Part shown: positions 39,650 to 53,495 of the stretch, piece after piece
How the letters are laid out: each line of letters starts with the position of its first letter
Numbering within the stretch: the first letter of the stretch is position 1
NCBI GenBank assembly: GCA_013239625.1
Contig: MU054400.1
Location: 5,211,802 to 5,275,801 of the forward strand
Source: Lama guanicoe
Lineage: Eukaryota
Direction of reading: 5' to 3'
Length of the DNA: 64,000 nt
The notes under the pieces: model-generated
Databases searched by the model: none
The model's input: only the letters and a program-made list of their open reading frames with translations
Told to the model about the DNA's origin: nothing
Translations under genes and position numbers: made by a program

Positions 39650-40035
39650 ATATCAGTTAGCTCAGGCTCCCATAACAAAATACTAGACTAGGTGACTTAA
39701 ACAGGAGGCTTTTATTGTCTGACAGGTGTGGAGGGAGGAAGTCCAAGATCAAGGCGTGGGCAGGTGTGGTTTCTCCTGAGGCCTCTCTTCTTGGCTGGCC
39801 GATGGTCACCTTCTTGCTGTGGCCTCACATGGTCTTTCTTCGGTGTGTGTAGAGATCTCTGTCATCTCCTTTTCTTATACAGACACGGGTCATGCTGGAT
39901 GATATCCTGCTGTGTGACCTCGTCTTACCTTAATCACCTCCTTAAAGGCCCCATCTCTAACACAGTCACATTCTGTGGTGCTGGGGGGTAGGATTTCAAC
40001 ATGTGAATTTGGGGGGAACAAATTCAGCCCATAAG
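39650..40035 (-). mobile_element. MaLR solo LTR (MLT1A-like)
   Basis: gctcccataacaaaatactagactaggtgacttaaacag..aagtccaagatcaagg..acagtcacattctg..aattcagcccataa. Homologous to 1388-1795. Confidence 0.88.
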
Positions 40036-40729
40036 AATGCTTATTCCCAATATTTATCTGATTAGTTCCACTTTTCTTGTGAATCTCTTCAAAATGGCCA
40101 ATAAAAATCACTCAAGTTGGTCATACTATATTTTATTGAATGAATATGAATATGAATATGTTTTGGGTATAATTTTTTGGTTCCAAATGATGCTGTATAT
40201 CCAGTCCTAAAAATTTTAAAGTCTCTGATGGAATGAGGGGGAAAGAAATGTGGGAAGGAAGGATCCATCCTCCGAGAGAGAAGTAGGTAATTGAAGGTCT
40301 GTGCCAGGCGTTGTATATTACTGGGGGCATGTGATTTGATACTGTTCAAATGTATTAACCTCTTCACAGCATAAGACACTACAATGAAACAGGAGATGTT
40401 TTCCTTTGATGCCCCAAATGAAAGCTCTGTATCCTTCCTCCTTTTCTCTCCCTTTCAAAACCTGATTTCCAGAAAGAATTTGAATCTCATTCACGGTAAT
40501 CTAAGACTAGATACCAAGTGAATAATTAAGGATTAAAACTGTTTCCTCTCCCTTGAAGATTTCCTTTGTGACTATGTCAGATCTTAGGCTTCGACAGGAC
40601 TGCCAAGCATCCCAGACCAGGTGGGTGAGATTTGCAAGAGGAAGCTTCTTCCAGGATGTGAAATCATACCTCTTAGTCAGGTGCCTTCCTTCCCTGCCCT
40701 TCTCTTCTCTCCATGAATACAGCCCGTAC

Positions 40730-41070
40730 ATCTGTCCTCTGAGAGGGACTGTGGATGACTCAAAGGTGAGAGAAACACAGGCTTTACCCTCAAGACGCTT
40801 AATAACTCAGTAGGTAAAAAATGCACAAACAACTGACCTAAGGCACCAGGCAATAAGCGGTGTAAAATGAACTCACTTTCCGAGTTCGGAAGAAAGAGAT
40901 CATTTCCCATTTGTGGAAGCAGAAAAGGTTGAGGTACCATTTGAAGCCAGTCTTGAAGGACAGACAGATAGGGAGAAGGCCATCCTAGGGAAGGAGAGTG
41001 ACATATTCAGCGTCTAATGGTGGAAAACTTAGTTCGTGTGTTTGAGAAGCATGGGGTAATGTCAGATCTC
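40730..41070 (-). mobile_element. L2 fragment
   Basis: ggtaccatttgaagccagtcttgaaggacagacag..gagaaggccatcctaggg. Confidence 0.5.
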
Positions 41071-42264
41071 AGTGATGGGGACTGGGGAGAGGTGTTGACT
41101 GACTGGTTTGTCACAGCATGATTAAGGCTCAGTGGGTCATGCCCCAGGACCAGGGAAATGGAGGCAACTTCCTCAGTGGGAGGGGTGGGGGAAATGACCC
41201 CCCCCCCAAGTCAGCCTCACCCTCACTCTCAGCCCCCTCCCCCTGGCCCCTACCACACTCTGACCAAGGCCATTTGGCCCCCCCAAAATAGACAGGTGAG
41301 TGCGTTTTTATAGTGATAAAATGCATCTGGTGAATGCGTTTTGACCACGATTTGGAGCAGTGATCTCCCCCCTTCCATTTTCCTCGTTACGAACAAGTTT
41401 ACCGTTACCTTTTGCATGGAGAGCAGGATCTGCAAAGGGGATTGGTAGTGAAGCAGGACACAGCCAGCCTGCACAGGGGCTTGAACGTGATGATGAAGTT
41501 TGCACAAAATGCAGGAGGCACAGGGAGCCCCTGAAGGCTGTTGAAAGAGTGCTGGTACTTGAGTGGCCATCAGGCACCTGGGCACACAGGCCAGCAGCCT
41601 CGCTAGAATGCAGCCTCCCTGGATGAAATGCCAAGCCTTTCTCCTCCGCGCAGGGACTAGGGCATCTCCTGGAGTGAGGGGAACAGTTAGAGAGACTTTT
41701 GCTCCTTGGTTTTCGACTCCTGAACTTTCATGTCCAGAAGGTATTCATGGACACCTTTTTAAAGCATCGTTAAATATCTGCATGACCAGCAGCGTCTCCC
41801 TAACTCTGGAGAGAAATCCAGGGCTTGCTTGGCAGGCTGAGGATAAACCTGCTGTTCTGCCTTTTGAACCAGAAGGAAAAGGAAGCAGGAGCCACTAGCT
41901 TTGGAAAACCTATCTGGCTCAGGTCAGCTGGTGGAGTCAGTCTGTAGTGGCCTGTGCACATGGGTTTTAATAAAGAGATCATGCAGGCTTGGGTTGGAGG
42001 GCCTCTCCTAGCCTAGTTATATTGAGACCGCGGTCTAGAATAATCCAGGAAGCTGTTTAAAACTACAGATCGCAGACTCCGGCCACGCCCACTAAATGAG
42101 GACCTCCATAAACAGGGCTTGGACCAACTGGTACAGTCCATAATTATGTCATATTCTGGAATATATTCTCTCAAGAGAATTTTCCTTCTTTGCTGAGTGT
42201 GATCTAAACTCCTAGAGTCCTTCAGTTTTACAGTCTTCCTGAGCAATCCAAGTATTTGGCTTTG

Positions 42265-42450
42265 TGGTCTAATTTATTCAATCATTGCATACGCCCAGCC
42301 CAGCCTTGTGCTGAGCAGCGGGCATACGACGCTGAAAGGGGACAGCCCCGTCCCACGTGCCCACAGTCTGTGCGGGCATCTGCAAACCAACCAGCATTCA
42401 AGACCTGCACAAGGGGCCTCTGCTCTGAGTTTGAGATCTAGGGGGAACCG
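42265..42450 (-). mobile_element. L2 3' end fragment
   Basis: aatttattcaatcattgcatacgcccagcccagccttgtgctgagc. Confidence 0.45.
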
Positions 42451-44689
42451 CAGAGGCTGACTTCAGTATTTGCCAAATCCAGTCAGAAGGCTAAGTCCAT
42501 GAGAAGACAGCGTGCTTGGAGACTGGAGACTCGGCTGTCCCCACCCTCCCCAACCTCGATCACAAGTCGACCAGCTCATCATGCAGGGGAGTCTGTGTGG
42601 TCGTCCTCAAGGGGCAGGGTCTGGCGGCCACGTTCGGATGCACAGGCATTACCTGTTCCTCCGGTTTGTACACATTGTGTGCCCACAGAGAAACCCTCTT
42701 AAGGGCACTGTAGCTCTTGTAAAGTGGTTCCATTTAATTGGATTTCCTCGTAGTGGTTCTTTGTCTACTTCATACAGAGAGATCTTTAGAAAGAAGGAAC
42801 AAGGTAAACTCAAAGAATTATGACAAAGTTATCAGCTTCGGATTGTAAACCTTTTGTCAACAGAAAAACACCTGATTCCACTTTTTAAGAGGAACTGCCC
42901 CCATTCTCTCTAGTAGGCAAAAGACATACTGTGGTAGACTCTTCATCGAAGGCACATTTTGTGTGTTTTCATCGTGCAGCTCCCATGCCCGGGGGCAAGC
43001 CCTGAGACAGGCAGTGCAGTGAGTCATGAACACGGGTGCACACATGTGCACGCCCGCTTCACGCTGATGTCGCACAGCTTCGCCACACGCACTGCTGTTC
43101 AGGTCTGCATCCCAGGTCTCTGGGCTCTCGCGGTGGCTGGCCACAGTGCTCACGGGGACCTCTGCCAGCTTCTGCCACTGGGACACCTGCTGACAAGGAA
43201 CTCTATTAGGAACATTTGGCTGCTTCTGGAACAGAGGGCTTCTTTTCTTCTCTTTTGTGGAGAGCCATTATGTCATATAAATAGGTGTACACTTAGCATC
43301 TGCATGGCATATCTCTTAGGTGCGGCTTCTATTGCTTTGTGGTTAAATTTTAGTCTTTTCTGGTGTTGCGTGACTTTTGGTCTGCTTTAGAACCCTAGCG
43401 AGGAACAGGTCTTGGAGGAGAGCTCGTCTTTTCGCCCATGGGGAAACCATTGGGGAGTACATCCATGCTCCCAAGTTCGTGGCCCTCATCAATGTCAGAG
43501 CCAGGATCTAGGACCCTCGGTTCTCAGTCTACTCGACTAAAGCATTTTATATTTTTAGCAGCTGGTTTTAATCCAAATTAGCTTGGTCTTATCCTTGCCT
43601 TAGTTTTTGTAAGACCTATGAAAAGATAATACGTGAATATAGCAGAGAACCTGAGCAGGAGTGATTTTTAATTTAATTAATGACTGCTCTTTTTCCTGAA
43701 TATGTTTTCTGTTCTTGAGTGGGCCAAAAATGTGTACTTTGTGTGTGCAGTAATGTTAACTCACTTTCCAGGGGTTTTCATAAGTATGTGTCATAGGTAT
43801 ACGTGACCCTCTTCCAAGCATTTAGACTCTTCTAAACAGTAGCCCTGTGTGTCTGACTGAATGTTTTGCATAGGAAATATGGGCTTTGCGGCATCAAAGA
43901 GCTGGTATCTTTTTTGGTGTAAATGAATGTGAGTGTGTGTAAAGATTAGTTTAGGTCTTTGCTTTTGAAAAGATACAGCTATTCCTCTCTTGAGATGGAA
44001 ACTAAATTAGATTATAAATACCAGGTCATCAAAACAACAAATGAGGAAAAGCAATTGGTTGAACGAAAAAGTGTCTTGATGCACCTTCTAAAGCTTTTAA
44101 GGGATGATTCCGTATCTGCTTCTTCTCTTTCAAAAGCAAACTCCAACTAGAGTCCCTGGCTTTTGCCCCCATTTGTCCCCTCTGCTGACCCAGAGCAGGA
44201 GAGTGTCAGGAGCACAGCCCGGTGGCAGCCAGCAAGTGTATCACAGGTCAGGGTGACAGTCAGTGATTGTCAAACTGTCCAGGTCCAAGCGTGTATTTAA
44301 AAAAGGGCGGCGTTCATGTCACACACACAGCTCTGTCCAGGTGATGTCCGTGATTCATTGGTGCCCGAAAATGATGAGCATGTTCAGCTCCTTCAGCAGA
44401 AAGCCCCGTCCTTCCAGGCCAGTCCTCCTCGTGGGGCCTTCACAGGTTCCGTGTTTTCTGCTCCTGATCCTGTCGAGTTATAACTGCCACCATCACACTC
44501 TGAGTGGGATTCAGACAGTCTGATGCATAGATTGCAAGGCTGCGTTATCTTTAGGTTAGTGAACAAGAGTGGAGGCGAGTCAGTCGTGTTGTATGCGATT
44601 TGCTGTTTTCACGGAGCGTGCTGTGGTGAAGTTTTGTTCTGCTCCATCCTGTGCTGGTGGATGAATGGGACAACTGATAGCTTAGACGC

Positions 44690-44890
44690 AGCTTTGGAGA
44701 CAGCCCTCCACCACCAGGCTGTGTGGCTGTGGGTGAAGCACTCACCTTCTCTGAGCCCTCACTGCTTCTTTGGGGAGTGAGAGCACTGGCCTGGGTGAAG
44801 GCCAGAGTCGCTTTGCGCCTCATGTCACCACATGTTGTGCCCAGTGCCTCGCTGAGGCCTGAGCACCGGATGTACCTGTCACTTCTGAAA
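44690..44890 (+). mobile_element. MIR fragment
   Basis: ggctgtgtggctgtgggtgaagcactcaccttctctgagccctcactgcttc. Confidence 0.55.
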
Positions 44891-47084
44891 GAAGGAAGTT
44901 GGAATTTACTCTCCTCTCAGTGTCTTCCTTTTGTCCCTGGGAATCTGCTGAATTGCCCTCCGACTGAAAACTTGCCCGTAGTTTGGCGTGGTGTTGGGAC
45001 AGTTTTCATGTGTTTTGTCCCGAGCGGTGTTTTACAAACATTCGCTACCAAGTAACGCTGTTTGTGCATTTCTTTTTCCTTCCACTGGAAAATTGCTGTT
45101 TGAAAGATTATTAGGAGAAATCTTAAGTAATAATCAATCTGCCAGAGCATTTATGCCACTCGATCATTGAAGGTTAGGCACTCGCTTCTAATTAAATCAA
45201 TTATTCACAGATAATAACCTGTTAGACCTGCAAGAGATGAAAAAAATTTTGCTGAGGTTGTTAATGTCTTGAAATTCCTGCAGATCAGTAAAACCTGCAG
45301 GTGAGTTTTACCTTGGACAGTGGCAACTCTTTCTAGTCTATATTTTGAATGAGACATAAAAGTAAATACTGGTATATGTCTGTTGCCCTAATGACCTTGG
45401 GGAAAATGGTCCAGTCAGTTCTAGGTTGCTTTTTGAAGGAGGGGAAAACATTGGGGCCAAATGTTCCAGAAGGACCGCCCCATTTTTTAATGCAGCTTTG
45501 ATATTTAAATCATTAGAGTATTTGCCACTTAAAAAAATGAAAACAGAGCCAGTAATGAGATGTTTATGAGAAATTGCTACAGTGATTGCTGCATAGTTTG
45601 TAGCAGAATGTTGCAGGGTTCCTTATATTGAGAAAGTAGAACCTATTTGGCGTTGAGGTATAACAAGAAATGATCAAACCCAGATGCTTTCTGAAAATTA
45701 TATTTTCAGTGCGTTTATATGTCTGTTACAAACTGTGCTACATGCTAAAAATATTTTCCTTTGTAGGCCAAGGGAAATTTCAAACCACATCGTGAGCTGC
45801 AGAGATCAGATGGTTTTTCTTAAGAGCGTTAAGGGCATCCTGGTTGCTATTAGCCCTGACTTTACAGTATGACATTATTTATGCCCCAAAGCTTCACAAT
45901 TCAGCTCTTAATTTCAGCAACTTTACTGCATGAAAATGCATGGGAGGGAGGCCAGAGTCAACACGTCGGAATGGGGGACTGAGACTCCAGGGCAACAAGT
46001 GACAGTGGGACTGGACTGCGGAGAGCCCTTCACCCCTGCCGCCTGTGTCCCTGGGGAGAGGTCGTCCCCCACGTCCGCCCCTTCCTCCCAGTACCCCATC
46101 TCCTTTTCTCTCTGTGCCCTCTTCCTCTTCCCTCAGCCATGGGACGTCACATTCCATGCGGCCAACCAAGGACACGTTCTCTTTAAGACTCTTCTTGGTT
46201 CTTACTTATTACAAAGTTTGGCTTCTCCCGAGTTCTCACTGGTTCTTTCTTCCTCAGATTGTCTTTCTTCGTCCCTGTAATTGATTTTGTAACTGAGGGA
46301 TGTCTACCTGGGTTTGGCATAAACACTTCCAGTGAATTAAGCTGCAGATGGGTAAATCCAAGAATATATAGGCTGTGTGACTCCCTACAGAATTGTATTT
46401 TTTATTTAACCCTTTCCTCCCTTCCTCCCCAGTATACTAGGATACACTATTTTACATATTAGACTGTCCAGAATGGGAAAAGGGCTGTAAGTGATTGAGT
46501 AGGTGCGTTTTATTGAGTACGATGGGAGTGCATTATATGTAATAGCACTGTACTTCTTATAGTCACAGCTAAGATTCACAGTCTTATACCCATTTTATAG
46601 ATGAAGAAACTGAAAAGAAAATCTGTCTAACTGAAAGGCCCAAGTTCTTAATGATTACATTGGTTTTAAATGAACGTAGCTACTTTTAGGATTTTAGATG
46701 TTTTTGCTTCTAGCACCTGGCCGTGCTCGTACCTTCAGAGGAGAATGTAGAAATACCAGATTTCATTTTATGATCTTCTTGAAGCAACGGTGGGCTTACT
46801 GTTTTGAGTGGGATGGGACCAGAAACAGAATGGTCTCCGTGCTGGTGAGGCGTACGAGAGAGATCGTGCACTATTGTGTCCACCAGTCCTTTGGGAGGGG
46901 GCAGTTATGGTTGTGGTGGCTCGGATCTGTCACTTCTCTGCAGGCTCCTTCCAGTGGCATCACGTCTGTGTGGTGGTCAGGTGAGACTTTTTATTAGGAT
47001 GTCACAACTCAGTTATCTTGAGAGCTTTGAAAGTTTACTTAGGTTCAAAATACCAGACCAGCTTTTGTTTCTGAAGGGCACGAG

Positions 47085-47290
47085 GAAGGGAATTAGCATT
47101 TACTGGTCTACTTGGTGCCTCTCACTTTATGTGCCGTGCCCTCTGGTCCTCACCACAGCTCTCCATCATCTCCGTTTCATAGGCTCATAGGTTCCAGGGG
47201 CCGTGTGCCATACCCAAGGTCACAGAGCTTCTAGGTGGCAAGGATGGAGGGTGCCTAGGTCTGCATTCTTAACTGTGTGCTTCCCATTAC
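47085..47290 (-). mobile_element. MIR SINE
   Basis: agcatttactgg..tcctcaccacagctct..acccaaggtcacagagcttctaggtggcaagg. Confidence 0.6.
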
Positions 47291-47871
47291 ACACGGCTCT
47301 TTGTACAGAGACTTAAACCACATTCACAGGCCAGCGCCGAAAAACAGCGACCGCGTGTTTGGTTTGCATGTTAGCATGATTTCCAGTGCCCTTGAACCTG
47401 AGAGCAGGGCAGTGAAATCAGAAGTGCTCAGATTGAAGGCCAAGCTAAAACAGACCGTTATTTAAACTGTAGATTGAAGTTCATAATTATAAAAACAATC
47501 AAATGACCAGAAGACTGTTAGGTGGAAGCGAGTCTAACATACCTCATACTGATATGAGTATAAATTGGCTGGGTGGATTCTTGAATTCTGCCCATTAGGA
47601 GATGTTTCTGATGAGCCTAATAGAGCTTCAATGTTCTTTGTGGTTCTTTTCCATCTCATACGGTCGAGCACAAAAGCTGTGTTGTGTGCAGAATGGCTGG
47701 GCTTATCCCTACCAGAAAGGAGTTATGTTTGGTGTCTGAAGGACAATGGGAGTTTGCTGCTTGGCTGATCAATGCTGGGTCAAGTTCACATTCCCCGGCT
47801 CCTACTCTCCCACCTACACATGCAGGGCGTGGAAGCAGAGCAAAGGGAGGGAGGACAGATCCCTTTTTCAC

Positions 47872-47894
47872 AGAGAGAGAGAGAGAGAGAGAGA
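47872..47894. repeat. (AG)11 microsatellite
   Basis: Direct read of the sequence. Confidence 0.95.
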
Positions 47895-48164
47895 TATGTG
47901 AGCTCGGGCTTTCCTAATATGGACACAGCTGGGCCTGTGTCGCATTAAACATTGATTTAATCCACCGCTGGAGGAAACATCCTACGAAAAGTACAGAGAT
48001 TAGCAGCCAATTAATTCTGGCCCTTCCCACTGCTTTTCTGGAACATCTCTTACGTGGATCTAAATGTTTGATGAACTAACATTCTGGAAAATAGCTTTTT
48101 CTCATATATTATTTATGTTTGGGACAGCCACCCATCCCCCAAATTATAATGGATTATACTTTCC

Positions 48165-48168
<4 letters not shown>

Positions 48169-48222
<54 letters not shown>
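48169..48222. repeat. (TG)27 perfect microsatellite
   Basis: Direct read; 54 bp uninterrupted. Confidence 0.98.
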
Positions 48223-48223
<1 letters not shown>

Positions 48224-49288
48224 CGGTGGGATGATTTAGGCCCATTCCTCTTGTTTGCAAATTGTGACTTCACCGGGTTCCTTTGGGGGCCAGATGATAG
48301 ACAAGGCAGTCTGAGTGCCAAGGTTTTTAAAAATAGACATGCTGGGAAAAGAAGAATGGACCAGCCCAGGGCCACCAACTCTGGGGAGCATGGGCGCTCC
48401 TTGTGCACACGGTTACAGACGCCACGCCCACTCCGTTTTGGAGAATAAACGTAGGGACCTAGACGTGTTTGCTCTTCAAGCTAGTGAAATGTTAACGTGT
48501 ACATCTGTGGTTTAAATTAGTAACTCATATCTTGTAAGGCATTTTGCCAGAGTAGTTTTCCTATAGCGTCAGTGTAGTGTGTCTTTTCTAAACAAGGAAG
48601 CCCATGTGGTTAGAACACGCGCCTAAGACTTAAGGAAGTCTCTCTGGGTGGCTTCCTACGTGCAGCTGGAGCCTCTGCACACAGCTAAGGGGCTTTTGCA
48701 TGGATCCCCACTGTCCCCTAATCCTAGCTAGCAATCTTCCAAATACAAAATGCTTTTCCCCAGGGAATGGGCGGCAGCCATCAACATAATTAGAACATTG
48801 TTCACAGGGCATGAGTGGGAGATACCCCCTCATGTGTACAGAATTCCAGATCAGCGCTAAAATCAGGTTCCCTGAAGACAAGGATCTATGCTCTTTTTAC
48901 TCAGGATCTAGAATTGTAGTAACCAGGAACCTGGGAGAAACTCTAAAAAGTCAAATACCCACCCATTCTTACCTCCCTTCTGGGTGGTGTTGGTGTCTTC
49001 CATTTCCACTTCCCTTTTTCAGTCTTTTCTGTGTGTGTGTGCTGAACTAACCTTGCTCAGAAGTTTATTCCTAAGAGTAAGCTCCAGGAAGTGCTACCCA
49101 GGGTCAGCCCGACAGCCCATCCTGTCCAGCTTTGTGTCTGCTGTCTGCCCAAAGGGACTTATTGTAAAAGAACACAATAGGTGGCTGTCCTCTGTGGCAC
49201 TGACCTTGAAATTCAGATACCTCCTAAACACCTGGACTTCCTTCAGAGTAACCTATGAGAGATGGGTCATCATTAAAATGATCCAAAC

Positions 49289-49467
49289 CAGTGGTTCTCA
49301 ACCCTGGCTGCACATTGGAATCCCTGGTGGTAGACTCTGAAAAGGACTGATGCCTGGGGCCCCCTCTCAGACATGTGAATCTGAGTGGTCTGGAGCCCCT
49401 CCTGGGCATTAGGATGTGTAAAGCCCCCTGTTGATTCCCATAAGCAGTCAGGGGTTGGCAACCGCTG
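49289..49467. mobile_element. MER5A hAT-Charlie MITE, full length
   Basis: Terminal inverted repeats cagtggttctcaaccc ... gggttggcaaccgctg. Degraded 8-bp TSD ATCCAAAC / ACCCAAAG. Confidence 0.88.
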
Positions 49468-49769
49468 ACCCAAAGCCACCCCTACATAATTTTATATTCC
49501 GCCTGTGAAACTCTTTAAGGTTACAGTGTCCAAGAAGGTTAAGCACCTGTAAGGGACTGCAGTCACACAGGTGTTGAAGGGGATATACTGGTAACTTTTT
49601 TTCTAAAGTATCTGTTTTAATGGACTTTTATGGTATGGGATTATATGTTACAGGCTTTGTCTTAATCCAAGGTTGATCTGATCCTCATAATAAGCAAATA
49701 TTCTAAAGTGAGACAGGCGGGCTAGATGTCCCTTAAGCTCTCATGCTGGAGGCCACGCAGTGTGAAATA

Positions 49770-49885
49770 CTGAAGGTACTAAACTTTCCTGAGACTCAGT
49801 TTCTTCATCCTGAAGATGGGCCTGTGGGAGAAACAAACAGAACAGTCTGTGTGTGGAAGCCCTTTGTAAACTGTTCAGTCCTGTA
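49770..49885 (+). mobile_element. MIR fragment
   Basis: actaaactttcctgagactcagtttcttcatcctgaagatggg. Confidence 0.65.
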
Positions 49886-50054
49886 CAAAACTGGCCACTC
49901 TGGTTCTTTCTGCCAGTTCCATGGTCTCTGATACGTGTAGTCCTCCAGCACGTTTTTTGTCTTCAGGTCACTTCCCTCCAGCTTTTAGCGATGTGATGTC
50001 GCTTCTTAGTTCCAACAGTCTAGACTTTGATAAATAACAACTTTCTCCTCTCGT

Positions 50055-50310
50055 AAGCACATCACATATCTCATCTGATCTTCACAACTCTATGAGAAAG
50101 AGGCCCAGAGAGGTCACACAGCTCATATGTGACGGAGCCTGGATTCAAACCCAGGCAGGCCGTCTACACGCTCCTTGTACCGAGCCGCCTTACCGACCGG
50201 TCACACTGGTCTCCCGATGGCAGGGATGGTGTCTTATGCATCTTTGTGTTCACAAAGTCTAGTGCTCTGTTTTGCAGGAGGCGAACTCAATATGTTTGTT
50301 AAGTGAATAA
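50055..50310. mobile_element. MIR fragment (minus) followed by an L2 3' end (plus)
   Basis: tcatctgatcttcacaactctatgag..ggtcacacagct..ggattcaaacccaggc, then ggcagggatggtgtctt..actcaatatgtttgttaagtgaat. Confidence 0.65.
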
Positions 50311-52904
50311 CTCATCCATATGCCCAATTTACATTCTTCTTCCTGCAACTGAAGGCCATTTCCTCTGCTTTTGATATCAAAAGTGATAAAACACTGGCTT
50401 GGTTGACGTTTTTATATTAGTCCTGTGTGATGTTTATATAGTATTATATTTATTTGGGGGTTTATTTTTTTAATAGTTCTTTTCCTTGAATTTTATAAGT
50501 AGGGTATAATCATGTCCTTACCTTCTATACTTCACTTCTGAGTGTTGTTAATGGCGAGAAATATTAGAACCACACAATTTTCTCAGACCCCCCTCCCTCT
50601 CTTCCAAAAAAGAAAAGGAAAATTAAAGAAAGGAAAAATGAACCCAGAATATTGTATTTATTTATACTCCCCCTGTCCAAAACAGAGTTAAGCAAACTCT
50701 TCCAAAGCAAAATGTGGCATGATAAAAGTAAACTAAAATAAGAAAACTGAAGCAAGGTGAAAATAATCACAGGGAAATAAGATGCGGCCAGGAATTTAGT
50801 TTGCATCAGTACACACCCCTGAAGCTCCTATGCCTGACTTACAGTGGGTCGTAGGGCTTCCTAGAAGAGGGGAAGGAGTCAATTTGCCGTGTTGATGAGG
50901 TAAAACAAACCAGTTGCCTAAGTCCAACTGTTCCTGGTGTTGATATTAGGGAGTTTTCCCTGTGGGTCCTCTCAGAAAATTACTATTTAATGTAATAAAC
51001 AACCCTCTAAAACCATCCTTACGGTAAACATTGTGATGGATTTTATGGGCTGTTTTTTTTTTTTTCCACAATGCACCTCAATAAAGGTTGATGGCTTCTT
51101 CCCAGAACATAATGCGATAAAAGGAATTTCACAGAGCACCAGAAAGATGCAGTCCCGCGCCAGCTGTGTGGTGGTCAGGGACCGTCCAGGGCAGAAGTCT
51201 GGGTATCAGCAAACCCTGTGAACCTTCTGACAGTTGGTGTGGGGGAGGTGAGGGGGGACGGGGCTGTGCACTTTGGTGTATTTTTCTTTAGGGAGCCAAT
51301 AGCTGAGAGCTTAATGCTTCATCAGATTTTCAGAGAGGGTCAGGAAATGGAAGAACTGAGCATGCTCCCTCAGGCAAGCTCTGTGAAAGTTTTTGAGCGA
51401 CGGTGAGTGCAGGGTTATGGTTACTAAGAGGAAGAGATCCTGTTAGCCAGATCACTCACTGCAAAGCAAACGTGAGATGGATTTCCTTTTCTGAAAACTA
51501 TGCTTTATAAGGTATTCCACTGAGAGGTCCATTTGGCAGGGCCCAAATCCTCTTCAGAAAGAAGTCAGGCATTCATTCTAACACAGAGACAAAATGGGCA
51601 ATAATACAAATGATAATTTTTCTAAAGTAAAAAGTCAAAAAAAAGCAGTCATAAAAGAATGATACATTCTTAAGTGATAGAGCAAAATTTAAAGATACAA
51701 ATGTTTGATAACTTTGCCCCTAATCCTTGCTGGTTATTATTTGCAACTTAAAATCACCTTGATTTTATTTCCAGACATGTGTGGACTCTTAACTTTTAAT
51801 TTACCCTGAATATATGTTGGCTGTAGAGCACTTCTGAAGCCAACGAATGTTTCTGGACCCCCCTACCTTGTTTGGTATTAAGAGGTCTTTTGACTTCTTA
51901 TAGTGGATAGTCTTCGTGTTGCTGTGCCTGAGGGAGGGTAATTTGCTGTCTGAGCTGTTTTGGGCTAATTAAAGGGCTCCCCTCGTTGGCCCTTTCGGCC
52001 TTCTGGTGGCCTGGGGGAGGGGTGTCCTGCTGGTTCTCGTTCCTCTGGACTGCACCTCATCACAAAGCAGAAGCACACATCCATAGCAACGATACAAAAT
52101 TGACATCACTGTCATTTTCCAGTGAAAGGAGTCATTTCCTCTCGCCTAAAAAAAAGGAGAAAACAGAAAAAGGTTTTCCCTCCAAAAATAATCTCCAGCC
52201 ACTAGGTTAAGTAATGCTTTTATTTTAAAGCAATGGCATTTCCCTCTGCTTCTGAAATTGTCTTCAGTTATTATAAACTGCTTTGACAAGAAAGTTTCTT
52301 AACACAATTTCCTTTCAAAACTTGCATCTCTACCAGACGAGGCATTTTTAAAGATAAACTTCAAATAGAAAACATCTGTTTTTAAAAGATAGCTTTAAAG
52401 TGCTTTCACCGCATTCTCAAAGATAGTTATTAAAGCGTTCATCCCCAAGTGTAGAATCCTAATTTAAAAAAAGTAGTCTTCCTCAGGTTTCTCCACACCC
52501 TACCTTCCCTGGGGTCTCCTGATGAAGAAAGGTAGGTTTAGGTAGACAAAAGGGGAAATGTGGTGAAGTTACATTGAACATGATCGAAAAGAATACTTTT
52601 CCAGTGTCATGAAATATGTTAATATTTCATTCTACATTAAATTCAGCTCCTGCCACCATTTTGGAATACAATTTTTGTGACTAATATATGAGGAAATCAG
52701 GAAACTTTATTTCCCATTTCTATTTTTATTTTCTAGAAAAGATCATTTTGGAAGTTCCCTGGTAATGTAACTAATGTCCCATGGTCTCTCTTTAAAAAAT
52801 GCACAATTTTATGCTCTTTATAAATGAAGGTATTTTAGTCGATAAACAAACAGGAGGTAATTAGAAGAATCTTCACCTTAAGATTCCCCCCGTCAAATTT
52901 CATA

Positions 52905-53495
52905 TGCCATTCATTCAGTGTTTGTTCCTTTATCCACCCATTCACTTACTTAACACATTTACTGAGCATCTACTATGTGCCAGGCAGTGTTTTCAGTGAC
53001 TGAACCAAAATGTACTGAATATTGGTTCATTAATTATAACAAATGCCCCACACCAGTGCAAGATTTTGATAATAAAGGAAACTGTGGGTTGTGTTGGGGT
53101 ACAGGGAACTCCTGCTACATGCACAAATTTTTCTGAAAAATAAAGTCTCAATGAAAAATTAAACATTGAAATATCTATAAAAGGTAATTACTTTAAAGGA
53201 AATAAACAAGATGCTGTTAGAAAGAATAATGGGGTGACAGAATTTGGATTGGGGACTGAGGAAGGGCTTTTCTAGAGAAGTGCTGTTTGAGCTCAGAACT
53301 AGAGAGTAAGTAGGAGCCAGGCAGGCAAGGAAGAGAAGGAAATGCATTCTCAGAAAAGCAAAGTGATATCATTTGAACTACCTTTGTAAATGCCATTCTG
53401 GTTTCTCCGTGGAGGATGGACTGGCTGGGGTGGGGGTTGGGGGGCAAGAGGACAAAGAAGAAGACAAGTTAGTAGGCACTAGAATAAACCACAGC
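52905..53495 (-). mobile_element. L2 3' fragment interrupted by a + strand L1 3' end (about 53000-53170)
   Basis: acatttactgagcatctactatgtgccaggcagtg..gaggaagggcttttctagagaagtgctgtttgagctcagaac. Inner segment attggttcattaattataacaaatgccccacaccagtgcaaga is L1-like. Confidence 0.7.

Noticed and set aside
1388..40035. Two same-orientation MLT1A-like LTRs as the ends of one provirus
   Set aside because: They are 38 kb apart with host exons between, visibly diverged from each other, and have no internal retroviral sequence. They are independent solo LTRs.
45211..45306. Perfect donor CAG|GTGAGT at 45300 with upstream AGs (cryptic exon)
   Set aside because: Acceptors have weak pyrimidine tracts. 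Similar perfect donors occur at about 14494, 25247 and 41294, consistent with background. No supporting evidence from sequence alone.
48119..48448. ORFs with VCVCVC / HTHTHT runs
   Set aside because: These are translations of the (TG)27 microsatellite.
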